DNA of 64,000 nucleotides from assembly GCA_036336835.1 (NCBI GenBank), contig JAYZFK010000088.1:1-64000 (forward strand). The letters run 5' to 3'. Below the pieces are notes generated by a model. It saw only the letters and a list, made by a program, of their open reading frames with translations. It was not told the DNA's origin and ran no database searches. Below are positions 1-9,606 of the stretch, piece after piece. The number at the start of each line of letters is the position of its first letter. The first letter of the stretch is position 1. This DNA comes from Myxococcota bacterium (lineage in GTDB: Bacteria > Myxococcota_A > UBA9160 > UBA4427). Position numbers and translations under genes: made by a program.

Positions 1-744
1 GGGCGGCCTGCGCCACCCGGGCTGGGGGGCCGCCGGGCCGCCCAGCCGGGCGGCGGGCTGGCGACGGCCGTGGCAGTGGGCGATGGACAGCGGCTGGTCA
101 GCGCGACGGCGACCGGAGTCTTGCGCGGCGAGCTAGGCGAGGGCGCGCCGAGCCGCAGCGGTCCTGCGCCGGTCGCGCGCGAGGCGTTGCTTCCGCGTGC
201 GGTCGAGCCGGCCGAGCCCGATGTGCGTCACGTGCAGGCCATGGCCGTGGCGCAGCAGGGTCTCGGCGCCGCGCGCCAACGCCGCCTGCGCGAGAGCGCG
301 GCGAGTCGCAGCTGGTGGCCCGAGCTCGCGCTCAAGGTCGCCTATGGCGGCGATCGGTCGACGCGCCTCGACTTCGATCAGAGCTTCGTCTCCGGCGCGG
401 CGCGGCAGCTGTTCGATCGCGATCTGGACCGCGGCGACGACTGGGATGCCGCGCTCAGCCTGAGCTGGGACCTGGCGGCGGCGGTGTTCGATCCGCAGGT
501 AATCGATCTCGCGCGCGAGCAGCGCGCCTGGATCGCGCTGCGCGACGACGTGCTCGACGAGATCAATCTTCTCTACTTCGAGCGCCGCCGCGCGCTGCTC
601 GATCTCGGCAGCCAGCCCGATCCCGCGTCACTCGAGGCGGAGCACTTGCGTCTGCGCGTGGGCGAGCTGGCAGCGGGTCTCGATGCCTGGACCGGCGGCA
701 GCTTCAGCCGCGCCCTTGCTCACCCCGATCGCCAACAGGAGTGA
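1..744 (+). CDS. 5'-truncated hypothetical protein; end of a beta-propeller-like region plus a TolC/OEP-like helix-hairpin-helix C-terminal domain
   Basis: Frame is open from base 1 (…ATAVAVGDGQRLVSATATGVLR resembles a propeller blade). It continues WWPELALKVAY…WDAALSLSWDL…LRDDVLDEINLLYFERRR, a pattern resembling one outer-membrane efflux repeat. Confidence 0.6.
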   Translation, partial: GRPAPPGLGGRRAAQPGGGLATAVAVGDGQRLVSATATGVLRGELGEGAPSRSGPAPVAREALLPRAVEPAEPDVRHVQAMAVAQQGLGAARQRRLRESAASRSWWPELALKVAYGGDRSTRLDFDQSFVSGAARQLFDRDLDRGDDWDAALSLSWDLAAAVFDPQVIDLAREQRAWIALRDDVLDEINLLYFERRRALLDLGSQPDPASLEAEHLRLRVGELAAGLDAWTGGSFSRALAHPDRQQE

Positions 745-748
745 TTGG

Positions 749-1399
749 ATGTCCCTGTCTCGAACTCGAAGCGGGCTCGCCGTGGCGTTGCTCGCGCTGT
801 GCGGGGGAGCGCGCGCGGGCCACGCGCTTCCCGTGATTTCCGAGGTCTTCTACGACGCGTCGGGCTCGGACGACGGCCACTCGTTCGTCGAGCTGTTCGC
901 GGCGGCCGGCAGCGTGCTCGACGGGCTCACGCTCGAGGGCGTCAACGGCGCGGGCGGTGCAGTGGGGCCCGTGGTCGCGCTGTCGGGTGTGGTCGGAGCC
1001 GACGGGCTGTTCGTGGTGGCCGACGCCACCGGGATTGGCAGCAGCTTCGTGTCGCACTTCGATCTGCTGGCCAACTTCGACTTCCAGAACGGACCGGACT
1101 CGATCGTGCTGCGCTCGCCCGCGGCGGTGCTCGACGCCGTCGGCTACGGGAGCTTCGGGGCGGGCGACGTGTTCGCGGGGGAGGGGAACGCTGCGCCCGA
1201 TGCGCCCGCGGGCTCGAGTCTGGCGCGGCGCTTCGCCGACCTCGACAGCGATGACAACGCGTTCGATTTCGCGGTGCTGGCCTCGCCCACACCCGGGACG
1301 GCCGAGTGGGCGCTGCCCGAGCCGGCGCCCGCGCTGATGCTCGGGGGCGGGCTTGCGGGTCTGCTGGCCTGGAGTCGGCGGCGCGAGCGCCGCGCCTGA
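749..1399 (+). CDS. Lamin-tail-domain (LTD) protein with PEP-CTERM sorting signal
   Basis: Signal peptide; VISEVFYDASGSDD..FVEL (LTD motif); NGPDSIVL; C-terminal LPEP + hydrophobic helix + RRRERR; CAGGAG RBS before ATG 749. Confidence 0.85.
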   Translation: MSLSRTRSGLAVALLALCGGARAGHALPVISEVFYDASGSDDGHSFVELFAAAGSVLDGLTLEGVNGAGGAVGPVVALSGVVGADGLFVVADATGIGSSFVSHFDLLANFDFQNGPDSIVLRSPAAVLDAVGYGSFGAGDVFAGEGNAAPDAPAGSSLARRFADLDSDDNAFDFAVLASPTPGTAEWALPEPAPALMLGGGLAGLLAWSRRRERRA

Positions 1400-1704
1400 C
1401 CGGACGGCTCCTGATCCTCCCGGCGGCGGTCTGCCGCACAGCGCGGTGGCCCCTCTCCCACCTACCGCCGCCGCCCGGCGTCCCGGAGCTCCGGCTCCGG
1501 GGCGCCCTTCCCGAGGCGCGGACCGGCGCCACGCGAGCCGGGATGTAGTGGACTAGCGACAGCCTGGCTCGACGTCCGGGCGGCCGCCCGCGTCCCGATA
1601 CGCTGGGCCGGGGAGTGGCCACTCCCGTTGCCGCCTTGGTGCGTGTGCGTGACACTGCGCGGCCAGCCAGGTGCGGGACGCGCTGTAAGGGGACACGGCC
1701 CGCG

Positions 1705-2205
1705 ATGCAGTCGGGGTTCAATACCAACGTCCGCCATCGTGGCGTGCTGTTCCACGTCCAGACCGAGGACAGTGGACTGTCGCATCCGCACGTGACCACG
1801 CTCCTGTTCCAGCGCGGCAACATCATGGCGTCCGAGAAGTGCAGCTATGCCGACGAACTCGGCTCGCCGGAACTCGATGCACGGGTGCGCAGGCTGATGG
1901 TGTCGCAGCACAAGGCGATGCTCGAGGGATTGCGCGCGGGCGCACACGACGAGGCGATCGTCATGCGGGGGGGCCCCGGGGCGTTCGATCCAGGAGCGAT
2001 TGCGGATCTGAGCGACACCGCTGCGACGCTGCCGCCCGAGGCGCCGGCGATGGCAGACGGTGTCTCGCGCGCGGTGACCCCAACGGACCCCCCGCGGCTC
2101 GCGCGCGCGTTCGGGGCCGCTGTCGTGAGCGAGCAGCCGCTCGGCCAGGTCGTGCTCGACTACCTCATCGAGAACGCGCGGTTGCGCAAGCAACGGGCGA
2201 AGTGA
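1705..2205 (+). CDS. romY: RomY-like polarity protein (myxobacterial MglB co-GAP family)
   Basis: GFNTNVRHRGVLFHVQTEDSG..HPHVTTLLF..GNI..S.K.SYAD N-domain, Pro/Ala linker, C-terminal SEQPLGQVVLDYL helix. Position directly upstream of ftsEX matches the Myxococcus locus as I recall it. Confidence 0.7.
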   Translation: MQSGFNTNVRHRGVLFHVQTEDSGLSHPHVTTLLFQRGNIMASEKCSYADELGSPELDARVRRLMVSQHKAMLEGLRAGAHDEAIVMRGGPGAFDPGAIADLSDTAATLPPEAPAMADGVSRAVTPTDPPRLARAFGAAVVSEQPLGQVVLDYLIENARLRKQRAK

Positions 2206-2924
2206 GCCGGCGGGGTCGTCGCGAATCAGTTCCTGGCGGCGACGCAGCCGTTCGAACCTACCATCTCTCGAAGAGCTATCTCGCCGGCCAGTACGCGCTG
2301 CACGATCTCACGCTCGAGGTGAAGAAGGGCGAGTTCGTCTTCCTGACCGGGTCGAGTGGCGCGGGCAAGACGACCCTGTTGAAGACCCTGTTCGCCGCCG
2401 AGCGCCCCAGCGAGGGGCAGGTGCTGGTGCTCGGGCGGAACGTCGGTCGGCTCAGCGAACCGGGCATCGCGGCCCTGCGGCGGCGCGTCGGTGTCGTGTT
2501 CCAGGACTTCAAGCTGCTGACGCGACGCACCATCGAGGAGAACGTGCGACTGGCGCTCGACGTCGTGGGGACGCCGCGTCGCGAGGCCACGGCCAAGGTG
2601 TTCCAGCGGCTGAAGCAGGTGGGCCTGCACCATCGGCGCTACCACGAGCCGCTCGCGTTGTCGGGCGGCGAGCAGCAGCGGGTCGCCCTGGCGCGTGCTC
2701 TGGCCAACGATCCCGAGATCCTGCTGGCCGACGAGCCGACGGGAAACCTCGATCCGGAGCTCACGATCGAGATCATGGATCTGATCGTTGGGGCCTCGCT
2801 GCGGGGCACCACCGTCATCGTCGCGACCCACGACTGGTCGCTGATCGAACGCTATGCGAAGCGCACGCTTCGCCTCGAGGGCGGGCGCCTGGTCGAGGAC
2901 GCCCGTGCGGGAACTCCGGCGTGA
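2202..2924 (+). CDS. ftsE: Cell division ABC ATPase FtsE
   Basis: GEFVFLTGSSGAGKTT Walker A, VGVVFQDFKLL, LSGGEQQRV, LADEPTGNLD; GTG overlaps the upstream stop; precedes ftsX. Confidence 0.93.
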   Translation: MSRRGRRESVPGGDAAVRTYHLSKSYLAGQYALHDLTLEVKKGEFVFLTGSSGAGKTTLLKTLFAAERPSEGQVLVLGRNVGRLSEPGIAALRRRVGVVFQDFKLLTRRTIEENVRLALDVVGTPRREATAKVFQRLKQVGLHHRRYHEPLALSGGEQQRVALARALANDPEILLADEPTGNLDPELTIEIMDLIVGASLRGTTVIVATHDWSLIERYAKRTLRLEGGRLVEDARAGTPA

Positions 2925-3820
2925 AGCGCGCGGGAGTGATCATTGCCGTGCTCGTGCGCACCGCTGGGCGCGGCCTTCAGGCGAGCCCGCTGCCGAGTGC
3001 GCTCGCCAGCGCGACGATCGCGATCGCGTTGATCCTGGTCGGAGCCTTTGCGCTCGTGGTCGGCAACATGGAGGGACTGATCGAGCGCTTCAGCAAGCAG
3101 CTGCAGGTGGTCGTCTACCTCGACACCGACCTGTCCACCACGGCGCAGCACGAGCTGCTGCTCCGGGTGGGCGAGCTCCCGGGTGTGGACCACGCCTCCC
3201 TGGTAACGCGCGACGAGGCGCTCGAGCGCTTTCGCGCCACGCTGGGCGGGGGTGAGCTGCTCGCTGGCCTCGAACACAACCCGCTGCCGCCTTCTCTCGA
3301 GGTCGAGCTCCTGCCCGGGTCCCGCACGGAGCAGGGCATCACCGCGATCGTCTCGACCATCGAGGGGTTCGCGGGCGTGGACGAGCTCGCGCACGGCCAG
3401 CAGTGGCTGGCGGGCTACGCGCGGATCGCATCGCTCGCGCGGATGGCTGGCTTCGTGTTCGGCGCGGTGCTCGTCGGGGCGGCGCTGCTGATCGTCGCCA
3501 ATACGATCCGTCTGGCGGTGTACGTGCGCGAGGACGAGATCGAGATCCTGTCGCTGGTCGGCGCCGGTCGGGTGTTCCAGCGTGGGCCGTTCATCCTCGA
3601 GGGCCTCGCGGAGGGCGCGGTCGGAGGGCTGGTGGCGCTCGGTGTGCTGTACGGGGGCTTCCTGATCTTCCTGCCGCGGCTCGAGTTCGGTCTCGCGCTG
3701 ATGGTCGGGAGCAGTCCCCCGCAGTTCTTCGCCATGGGTCAGGCGGTTGCGTTCGTTGCGATCGCCGCGCTGCTCGGCGGCGCCGGATCGGCCCTCGCGC
3801 TGCTCGGTTGGCGTCGATGA
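2921..3820 (+). CDS. ftsX: Cell division permease FtsX
   Basis: 4-TM layout, NPLPPSLEV, IVANTIRLAVYVREDEIEILSLVGA…PFILEG. Confidence 0.93.
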   Translation: MKRAGVIIAVLVRTAGRGLQASPLPSALASATIAIALILVGAFALVVGNMEGLIERFSKQLQVVVYLDTDLSTTAQHELLLRVGELPGVDHASLVTRDEALERFRATLGGGELLAGLEHNPLPPSLEVELLPGSRTEQGITAIVSTIEGFAGVDELAHGQQWLAGYARIASLARMAGFVFGAVLVGAALLIVANTIRLAVYVREDEIEILSLVGAGRVFQRGPFILEGLAEGAVGGLVALGVLYGGFLIFLPRLEFGLALMVGSSPPQFFAMGQAVAFVAIAALLGGAGSALALLGWRR

Positions 3821-4974
3821 CGGCCCGCGCGCTCGCTGCTGCGCTGCTCGTGCTGGCAGCGCCGCCGGCAGCTCGGGCCGAGAGTGTCGAGGAGCTCGAC
3901 GCACTGCGCGATCAGATCGCGGTCAGTCGCGAGCGGGTCGGGCGGCACGAGGCCGCGGAGCGCGACATCTTCGACCAGCTCGATACGATCGACCGCCGGA
4001 TGGCGGATCTCGGCGGCGCAGTCCGCGCGGCGCGGGCAGACGCGGTCCGCGCCGAAGCTGCGTTGCGCGAGATCGAGAGCGAGACCGCGCGCCTGGCCGG
4101 CGAGCTCGAGCGCACGCGCGCCGCCATGGCTCGCCGCGCGGTCGCGCTCTACAAGACCGGCGAGGTGGGCCCGCGCCGGGTGGTGTTCGAGTCGGGCTCG
4201 CTGCGCGAGCTGCTCCAGCGCGCCTCCGCGCTGCAGCTGCTGCTGGCCTACGACGCGCAGCTCGTCGAGCGCTACGAGCGCGACGCCCACGCCTACACCG
4301 CCGCGCGCACCGATGCGCTGCGCGCGGGCGAGCGACACCGGACCGCGGCGGCGCGCTTGCGCGTGGAGCGGGCGGCGCTCGGGCACGAGCAGGCCGCCAA
4401 GCAGACCCTGCTCGCGAGCGTTCGAGTCGATCGCAGGGCCGAGCGCGGGTTGTTGGTCGAGCTCGAGCGCGCCGCTCGCGCGCTCGAGACGACGCTCGCC
4501 GAGCTCGGCGACGCCGGCCGCAAGCACGGCCACTGGCTCGACGGGTCCGGCTTCGCCAGCCGGCGCGGCGAGCTGCCGCTACCAGTCGAGGCGCCGATCG
4601 CGTCCGGCTTCGGACGCGTGGTGGACGAGGACTTCCTCACGCAGACGGTTCGCAACGGCGTCGACTTCGCCGCGCACGAAGGCGCGAGCGTTCGGGCCAC
4701 GGCCAGCGCCGAGGTGCGCTTCGCCGGCTGGTTCCGCGGCTACGGAAAGATCGTGATCCTCGACCACGGCGACTCCTACTTCACGGTCTCTGGTCACCTG
4801 TCGCAGATCGACGTCGCAGTCGGCGAGCGCGTCAGCGAGGGTGAGACGATCGGCAGCGCGGGCGACACCGGCTCCCTCTCGGGGCCGCGCCTCTACTTCG
4901 AGCTGCGCAAGGGGAGCGAGGCGCTCGACCCCGCCGACTGGCTGTCGGCAGATCGTTTGGCCCAGGCTCGCTAA
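3817..4974 (+). CDS. envC: EnvC-like murein hydrolase activator (coiled coil + M23/LytM domain)
   Basis: Signal peptide, long coiled coil, degenerate M23 domain (NGVDF, GYGKIVILDHG, LYFELR); follows ftsEX. Confidence 0.88.
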   Translation: MTARALAAALLVLAAPPAARAESVEELDALRDQIAVSRERVGRHEAAERDIFDQLDTIDRRMADLGGAVRAARADAVRAEAALREIESETARLAGELERTRAAMARRAVALYKTGEVGPRRVVFESGSLRELLQRASALQLLLAYDAQLVERYERDAHAYTAARTDALRAGERHRTAAARLRVERAALGHEQAAKQTLLASVRVDRRAERGLLVELERAARALETTLAELGDAGRKHGHWLDGSGFASRRGELPLPVEAPIASGFGRVVDEDFLTQTVRNGVDFAAHEGASVRATASAEVRFAGWFRGYGKIVILDHGDSYFTVSGHLSQIDVAVGERVSEGETIGSAGDTGSLSGPRLYFELRKGSEALDPADWLSADRLAQAR

Positions 4975-5042
4975 GCTCTGCGGGGCGGCTCGCGGCTGCA
5001 CTCCAGGTTCCGCCCCTATTTCGACGCGAGGATCCCAGCGAC

Positions 5043-6491
5043 ATGAAGACCGCATCCCGCTCCGGCCGATCCAGCCGGGTCCGCCTCCTGTTGACGTTCC
5101 TGGGAGGCGTCGCCACCGCGGCGCTCGCAGGGGTCGTGGTCGACGCAAATCGCAGTGAGGCCGCAGACCGCTACCAGGACCTCGGCCTGTTCTCGAGCGT
5201 GGTGGATCACGTGCGGCGCCACTACGTCGAGCCGATCGACGAGCACGAGCTGTTGTCGGGTGCGATCCGGGGGATGATGGGCGAGCTCGATCCCCACTCG
5301 GCGTTCATGGAGCCGAAGCAGTACAAGGAGATGCAGATCGACACCCGGGGCGAGTTCCACGGCCTGGGCATCGAGATCACCAAGGCGCCGAACAGCTTCG
5401 TCGAGGTCGTGTCACCGATCGAGGGCACCCCCGCCGATCGCGCCGGGATCCGCGCGCGCGACCAGATCGTCCGCATCTGTCCGACCGAGCGCCCCGACGA
5501 GTGGGAAGAGTCCGAAGAGTGCCGCAGCACCGAGAGGATGACGCTGCCCGAGGCCGTATCGCTGATGCGCGGCAAGAAGGGCACCGAGATCACCGTCCAC
5601 ATCTACCGCGAGGGGTTCGAGGAGCCGCGACCGTACACGGTGGTGCGCGACGTCGTTCAGATCGAGTCGGTGGCGGGCGAGATGCTCGAGCCCGGCTACG
5701 GCTATCTGCGCATTCGCCAGTTCCAGGAGCGCACCGCCGCGGATCTGGAGGATGAGCTGGAGCGCTTCGCCAAGGAGGCGCCCGATGGGCTCTCGGGTGT
5801 CGTGCTCGACCTGCGCGACAATCCGGGAGGCCTGCTCGACCAGGGCGTGCGCGTCGCCAACCTGTGGTTGGACGACGGGCTGATCGTCTACACGCAGGGC
5901 CGCGACGACTCCCAGCGACAGGACTTCCGCGCCCATGCCGCGGGCACGCAGCCGAGCTATCCGCTCGTGGTGATCGTGAACGAGGGCAGCGCGAGCGCTT
6001 CCGAAATCGTCGCGGGTGCGCTGCAGGATCAGCAGCGCGCGCTGGTGCTCGGCGTGGCGACGTTCGGCAAGGGCTCGGTCCAGACCGTGTATCCGATTGG
6101 CCGGCGCTACGGGTTGCGGCTGACCACGGCGCTCTACTACACGCCCTCGGGCCGGTCGATCCAGGAGGTCGGCATCGAGCCCGATATCGAGGTGCGGCCG
6201 CAGGCGCGCCGTGCACCGGGCGCCGCGCCGCGCCGCGTTCGCGAGCGCGATCTACACGGCCACTTCACGCACGAAGAGGCCGAGCCAGACGAAGCGGACG
6301 AGCTGGACGAGCCGGAGGGCGAGGACGAGGCACGCGACCAGCCGGCGGAGGGCGACGGCTCCAGTCGCAGAGAAGATCTGCAGGTGAGGCGCGCGCTCGA
6401 GGTGCTGAAGAGCTGGACCTACTTCGAGCGGCTTCGTTCGGACGAGCCCGAACCGATCCTCGCCGCCGAAGCCCCGTCGCCGACCGACTAG
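5043..6491 (+). CDS. ctpA: Carboxyl-terminal processing protease, S41A family
   Basis: LDPHS, PDZ domain (GLGIEI), DLRDNPGG, SASASEIVAGALQD, TFGKGSVQ. Confidence 0.93.
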   Translation: MKTASRSGRSSRVRLLLTFLGGVATAALAGVVVDANRSEAADRYQDLGLFSSVVDHVRRHYVEPIDEHELLSGAIRGMMGELDPHSAFMEPKQYKEMQIDTRGEFHGLGIEITKAPNSFVEVVSPIEGTPADRAGIRARDQIVRICPTERPDEWEESEECRSTERMTLPEAVSLMRGKKGTEITVHIYREGFEEPRPYTVVRDVVQIESVAGEMLEPGYGYLRIRQFQERTAADLEDELERFAKEAPDGLSGVVLDLRDNPGGLLDQGVRVANLWLDDGLIVYTQGRDDSQRQDFRAHAAGTQPSYPLVVIVNEGSASASEIVAGALQDQQRALVLGVATFGKGSVQTVYPIGRRYGLRLTTALYYTPSGRSIQEVGIEPDIEVRPQARRAPGAAPRRVRERDLHGHFTHEEAEPDEADELDEPEGEDEARDQPAEGDGSSRREDLQVRRALEVLKSWTYFERLRSDEPEPILAAEAPSPTD

Positions 6492-7882
6492 TGGATCACC
6501 CGGAGCTGCCGCTCGAGGAGCGTCCCGCCGACTCCACGGGTTCGTCCGAGCGGCGCGTCTACGGGGTCGGCGACCTGCTGCGCGGCCTGCGTGCGCTGAT
6601 CGAGGACTCGGTGGGGCGCGTGTGGGTGGCGGGCGAGACCAGCAACCTGTTCGTCGCGCGCACCGGTCACCACTACTTCACGCTCAAGGACGCCGACGGG
6701 CAGATTCGCTGCGCGCTGTTTCGCAACGATGCGAGCCGGCTGCCGTTCGAGCTGGAGGACGGCCTCGATCTGCTGCTGCTGGCCGAGCCGTCGATCTACG
6801 AGGCGCGCGGCGAGCTGCAGCTGGTCGTTCGGGAGGTCGAGCCGCGCGGCCAGGGCGCGCTGCAGCTGGCGTACGAGCAGCTGCACCGCCGGCTCGAAGC
6901 GGAAGGCCTGTTCGACGAGTCGCGCAAGCGCGCGCTGCCCGAGCACCCGCGGCGCGTCGGCATCGTGACCTCGCCCGCCGGTGCCGCGATCCGCGACGTG
7001 ATCCAGCTCACTGGGCGTCGGTCGCCGGCGACTCCGCTGTTGATTGCACCGACCCGCGTGCAAGGCGACGGCGCCGAGCTCGAGATCGCGGCGGCGTTGC
7101 GCGACGTCGTCCGCGCGCGCGACGTGGACCTCGTGCTGCTCGTGCGCGGCGGGGGCTCGCTGGAAGATCTCTGGTGCTTCAACACCGAGCCGGTGGTGCG
7201 TGCGATCGCTGCGTGCCCAGTTCCCGTGATCTCGGGCGTGGGGCACGAGACGGACTTCACGCTCGCCGACTTCGCTGCCGACCAGCGTGCGGCCACACCG
7301 TCGGCTGCCGCGATGCTCGCGGTGGCGGACCGCAGCGCCCTGCGCGAGCGGCTCGTGAGCGGCTGGGGTCGACTCTCGCGCGCGGCCGAAGCCGCGCTCG
7401 GCGATCGAATCGACCGGCTCGAGCGCGCGCGGGGAGCACTGCGGGTGCTGGCACCGAGCGCTCGGCTGCGGCTGCAGCGGGACCGGCTGCGGGCCGTGCT
7501 GCGCGCGCTGCTGCGCGCGGTGACGACCACCTCGCAGGCCCGACGGGCGCGCTTCCTTCGGGCCGCCGAGCGGCTCTCGACCGAGCGGCCCCGCACACAG
7601 GCCGCGTGGTTGAGGCTGCGCGCCCTGGCGGCTGCCCTGGCGCGCTCGGCGGCGCATGCCACGGACGGTCCGCGAGCCCGGCTTTCGCGGCTCGCCGCCC
7701 AGCTCGAATCGCTGTCGCCGCTGGCCGTGCTGGGCCGCGGCTATGCCGTCGCGCGCCGCGCCGACGACGGTCGGATCGTGCGCGAAGCACGGGACGTCGC
7801 CCCGGGCGACGCTCTCACGGTGCGCGTTGCGCGCGCGCGCATCGAGGCGTCGGTCGAGCGCGTCGAGCCCACCGACGACTGA
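6491..7882 (+). CDS. xseA: Exodeoxyribonuclease VII large subunit
   Basis: VWVAGETSN, GHHYFTLKD, RGGGSLEDLWCFN, SGVGHETDFTLADFAAD.RAATPS, LSPLAVLGRGYA. Confidence 0.95.
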   Translation: MDHPELPLEERPADSTGSSERRVYGVGDLLRGLRALIEDSVGRVWVAGETSNLFVARTGHHYFTLKDADGQIRCALFRNDASRLPFELEDGLDLLLLAEPSIYEARGELQLVVREVEPRGQGALQLAYEQLHRRLEAEGLFDESRKRALPEHPRRVGIVTSPAGAAIRDVIQLTGRRSPATPLLIAPTRVQGDGAELEIAAALRDVVRARDVDLVLLVRGGGSLEDLWCFNTEPVVRAIAACPVPVISGVGHETDFTLADFAADQRAATPSAAAMLAVADRSALRERLVSGWGRLSRAAEAALGDRIDRLERARGALRVLAPSARLRLQRDRLRAVLRALLRAVTTTSQARRARFLRAAERLSTERPRTQAAWLRLRALAAALARSAAHATDGPRARLSRLAAQLESLSPLAVLGRGYAVARRADDGRIVREARDVAPGDALTVRVARARIEASVERVEPTDD

Positions 7883-7896
7883 CGCAGTCGGCTCCC

Positions 7897-7917
7897 GAAT
7901 CTCGAATCCTGAATCTG
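7897..7917. repeat. Three tandem 7-bp units (GAATCTC GAATCCT GAATCTG) between convergent genes
   Basis: Read directly from the sequence; flanked by an imperfect GGCTCCCGA/TCGGAGGGCC inverted repeat. Confidence 0.55.
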
Positions 7918-7929
7918 GACTCGGAGGGC

Positions 7930-9183
7930 CTACACCGGCGGGCCGATCCGATAGCGACGGATCTCGGGCATGCGCCGGTTCACGATCCCCAGAGCTCCGA
8001 GGCAGGCGATCCCACCCGCGACCACCGAGAAGGTCGCGCTGGTCAGCGCGGCGAGGAAGCCCGACTCCGCGGCGCCGAGCTGGTTGCTCGCGCCGATGAA
8101 GATCATGTTGACCGAGTTGACGCGGCCGCGAAGCCGATCGGGCGTCGAGAGCTGCAAGATGATCGATCGGGCCACCATGCTCACCTGATCGGCCATGCCG
8201 GCGAGCACGAAGGCTGCGACCGAGAGCGCAAACGAGCGCGACAGCCCGAACACGATCGTCGCGGCGCCGAAGATCGCCACCGAGAAGAGCAGCGCGCGAC
8301 CCGGGCGCGCGATCGGGGGCAGCAGGAGCAGGAGCCCCGCCATCGCCATCGTGCCGATCTGCATCGAGGCACTGAGCAGTCCGTAGCCGACTTCGCCGAC
8401 GCCCAGGATCTCGTCGGCGTAGACGGGCAGCATCGCGGTCGCGCCGGCGAAGATGACGGCAAACATGTCGAGCGTCATCGATCCGAGGATCGCTGGCTGC
8501 CGGCGCACGAAGCCGACTCCTTCGCGGATCGCGGCCAACGAGACGGCCTGGGCCCGGTCGCGCTCGGCGGCGGGGATGCGGACCGTCGACAGCAGGAGGA
8601 GTGAGGTCGCCAGGCACAGTCCAGTGAGCCCGTACGCCGCAGGGATGCCGAAGCTTCCGGTCGTCGCGCCCATCAGCACCGGCCCGCTCACACTGGCCAC
8701 GTTGCGCACGTTTGCGCTGACCACGGTCGCCGATGCAAAGAGCTCACGCGGTACGAGGCCGGGCAGGATCGAAGCCCCCGCAGGGTTCTCGAACGAGCTC
8801 GCGGTCGCGAGCACGAAGGCGGCAGCTAGCACGCTCTCGCGCTCGAACGCCAGCCCGCTGCCAGAGGTGAAGGCAAGGGCGAGCGCCCCGAGCAGGGAGA
8901 TCGCCTGGGTCGTCAGCACGATCGCGCGCCGGTCGTGCGCGTCCGCGAAGGCACCGGCATAGAGCGAGACCGGGATCACGGGCAGGAACTCGACGGCGCC
9001 GATCACGCCGAGCCAGAAGTACGAGCCGGTCAGCTTCCAGAGGTGCCAGGCGATCGTTGCGTGGAGCAGCGAGCGGGCGAGGCTCGAGAAGAAGCGCGAC
9101 CCGAGATACGAGCGAACCGACGGCACCCGCAGCACGGCACGCGTCGTCGAGCTCGATCGGCCCCGGCCCGAGGATTCCGCCAC
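7930..9183 (-). CDS. MFS transporter (EntS/DHA3-like exporter)
   Basis: About 12 hydrophobic segments; AGAFADAHDRR motif A; TPDRLRGRVNSV..FIGASNQLG..ESG. Confidence 0.9.
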   Translation of the reverse strand: MAESSGRGRSSSTTRAVLRVPSVRSYLGSRFFSSLARSLLHATIAWHLWKLTGSYFWLGVIGAVEFLPVIPVSLYAGAFADAHDRRAIVLTTQAISLLGALALAFTSGSGLAFERESVLAAAFVLATASSFENPAGASILPGLVPRELFASATVVSANVRNVASVSGPVLMGATTGSFGIPAAYGLTGLCLATSLLLLSTVRIPAAERDRAQAVSLAAIREGVGFVRRQPAILGSMTLDMFAVIFAGATAMLPVYADEILGVGEVGYGLLSASMQIGTMAMAGLLLLLPPIARPGRALLFSVAIFGAATIVFGLSRSFALSVAAFVLAGMADQVSMVARSIILQLSTPDRLRGRVNSVNMIFIGASNQLGAAESGFLAALTSATFSVVAGGIACLGALGIVNRRMPEIRRYRIGPPV

Positions 9184-9606
9184 CCGGGCACACTAACGAG
9201 TCCGCGCTGAGACGGCACGCGGGCGCGTGCTACAGAACCGGCCTAGCAACTCGGTGCGGGTACGAAGTCGATCTCGATCGGTGGGCTTCGTGCCCCGACA
9301 TCGGTCGAGATCGTCGAGGAGGTCGTCGTGTGGGACGGGCTCTGGGAGGAAGGCGGTCGCCCCTGCTCGAAGAACGAGCGGACGTTCCGGACGCCGCCCT
9401 TCCGGGGATCCGGAGGACCTTCTGGAGGGGCAGACGCGCTCGCGAGGTCAACCCATACCCAGGGTCCAGATGTTCGCGCGGCGGAGTTGTGGACGCAGGT
9501 GCATCGACGAGCGTTCAGCCTCTCGATGCGATCGCCCAGGGTCGGGACCAGGTTTCCAGCGCGGATCAGGTCTTGATCGGCAGTCGTGTTCTGCCAAGCT
9601 TGGGGC

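Noticed and set aside
9240..9600. Possible gene remnant (…SVEIVEEVVVWDGLWEEGG…; PRVQMFARR loosely like an MT-A70 ELFAR motif)
   Set aside because: Fragments lie in different frames and are too short for me to assign a family.
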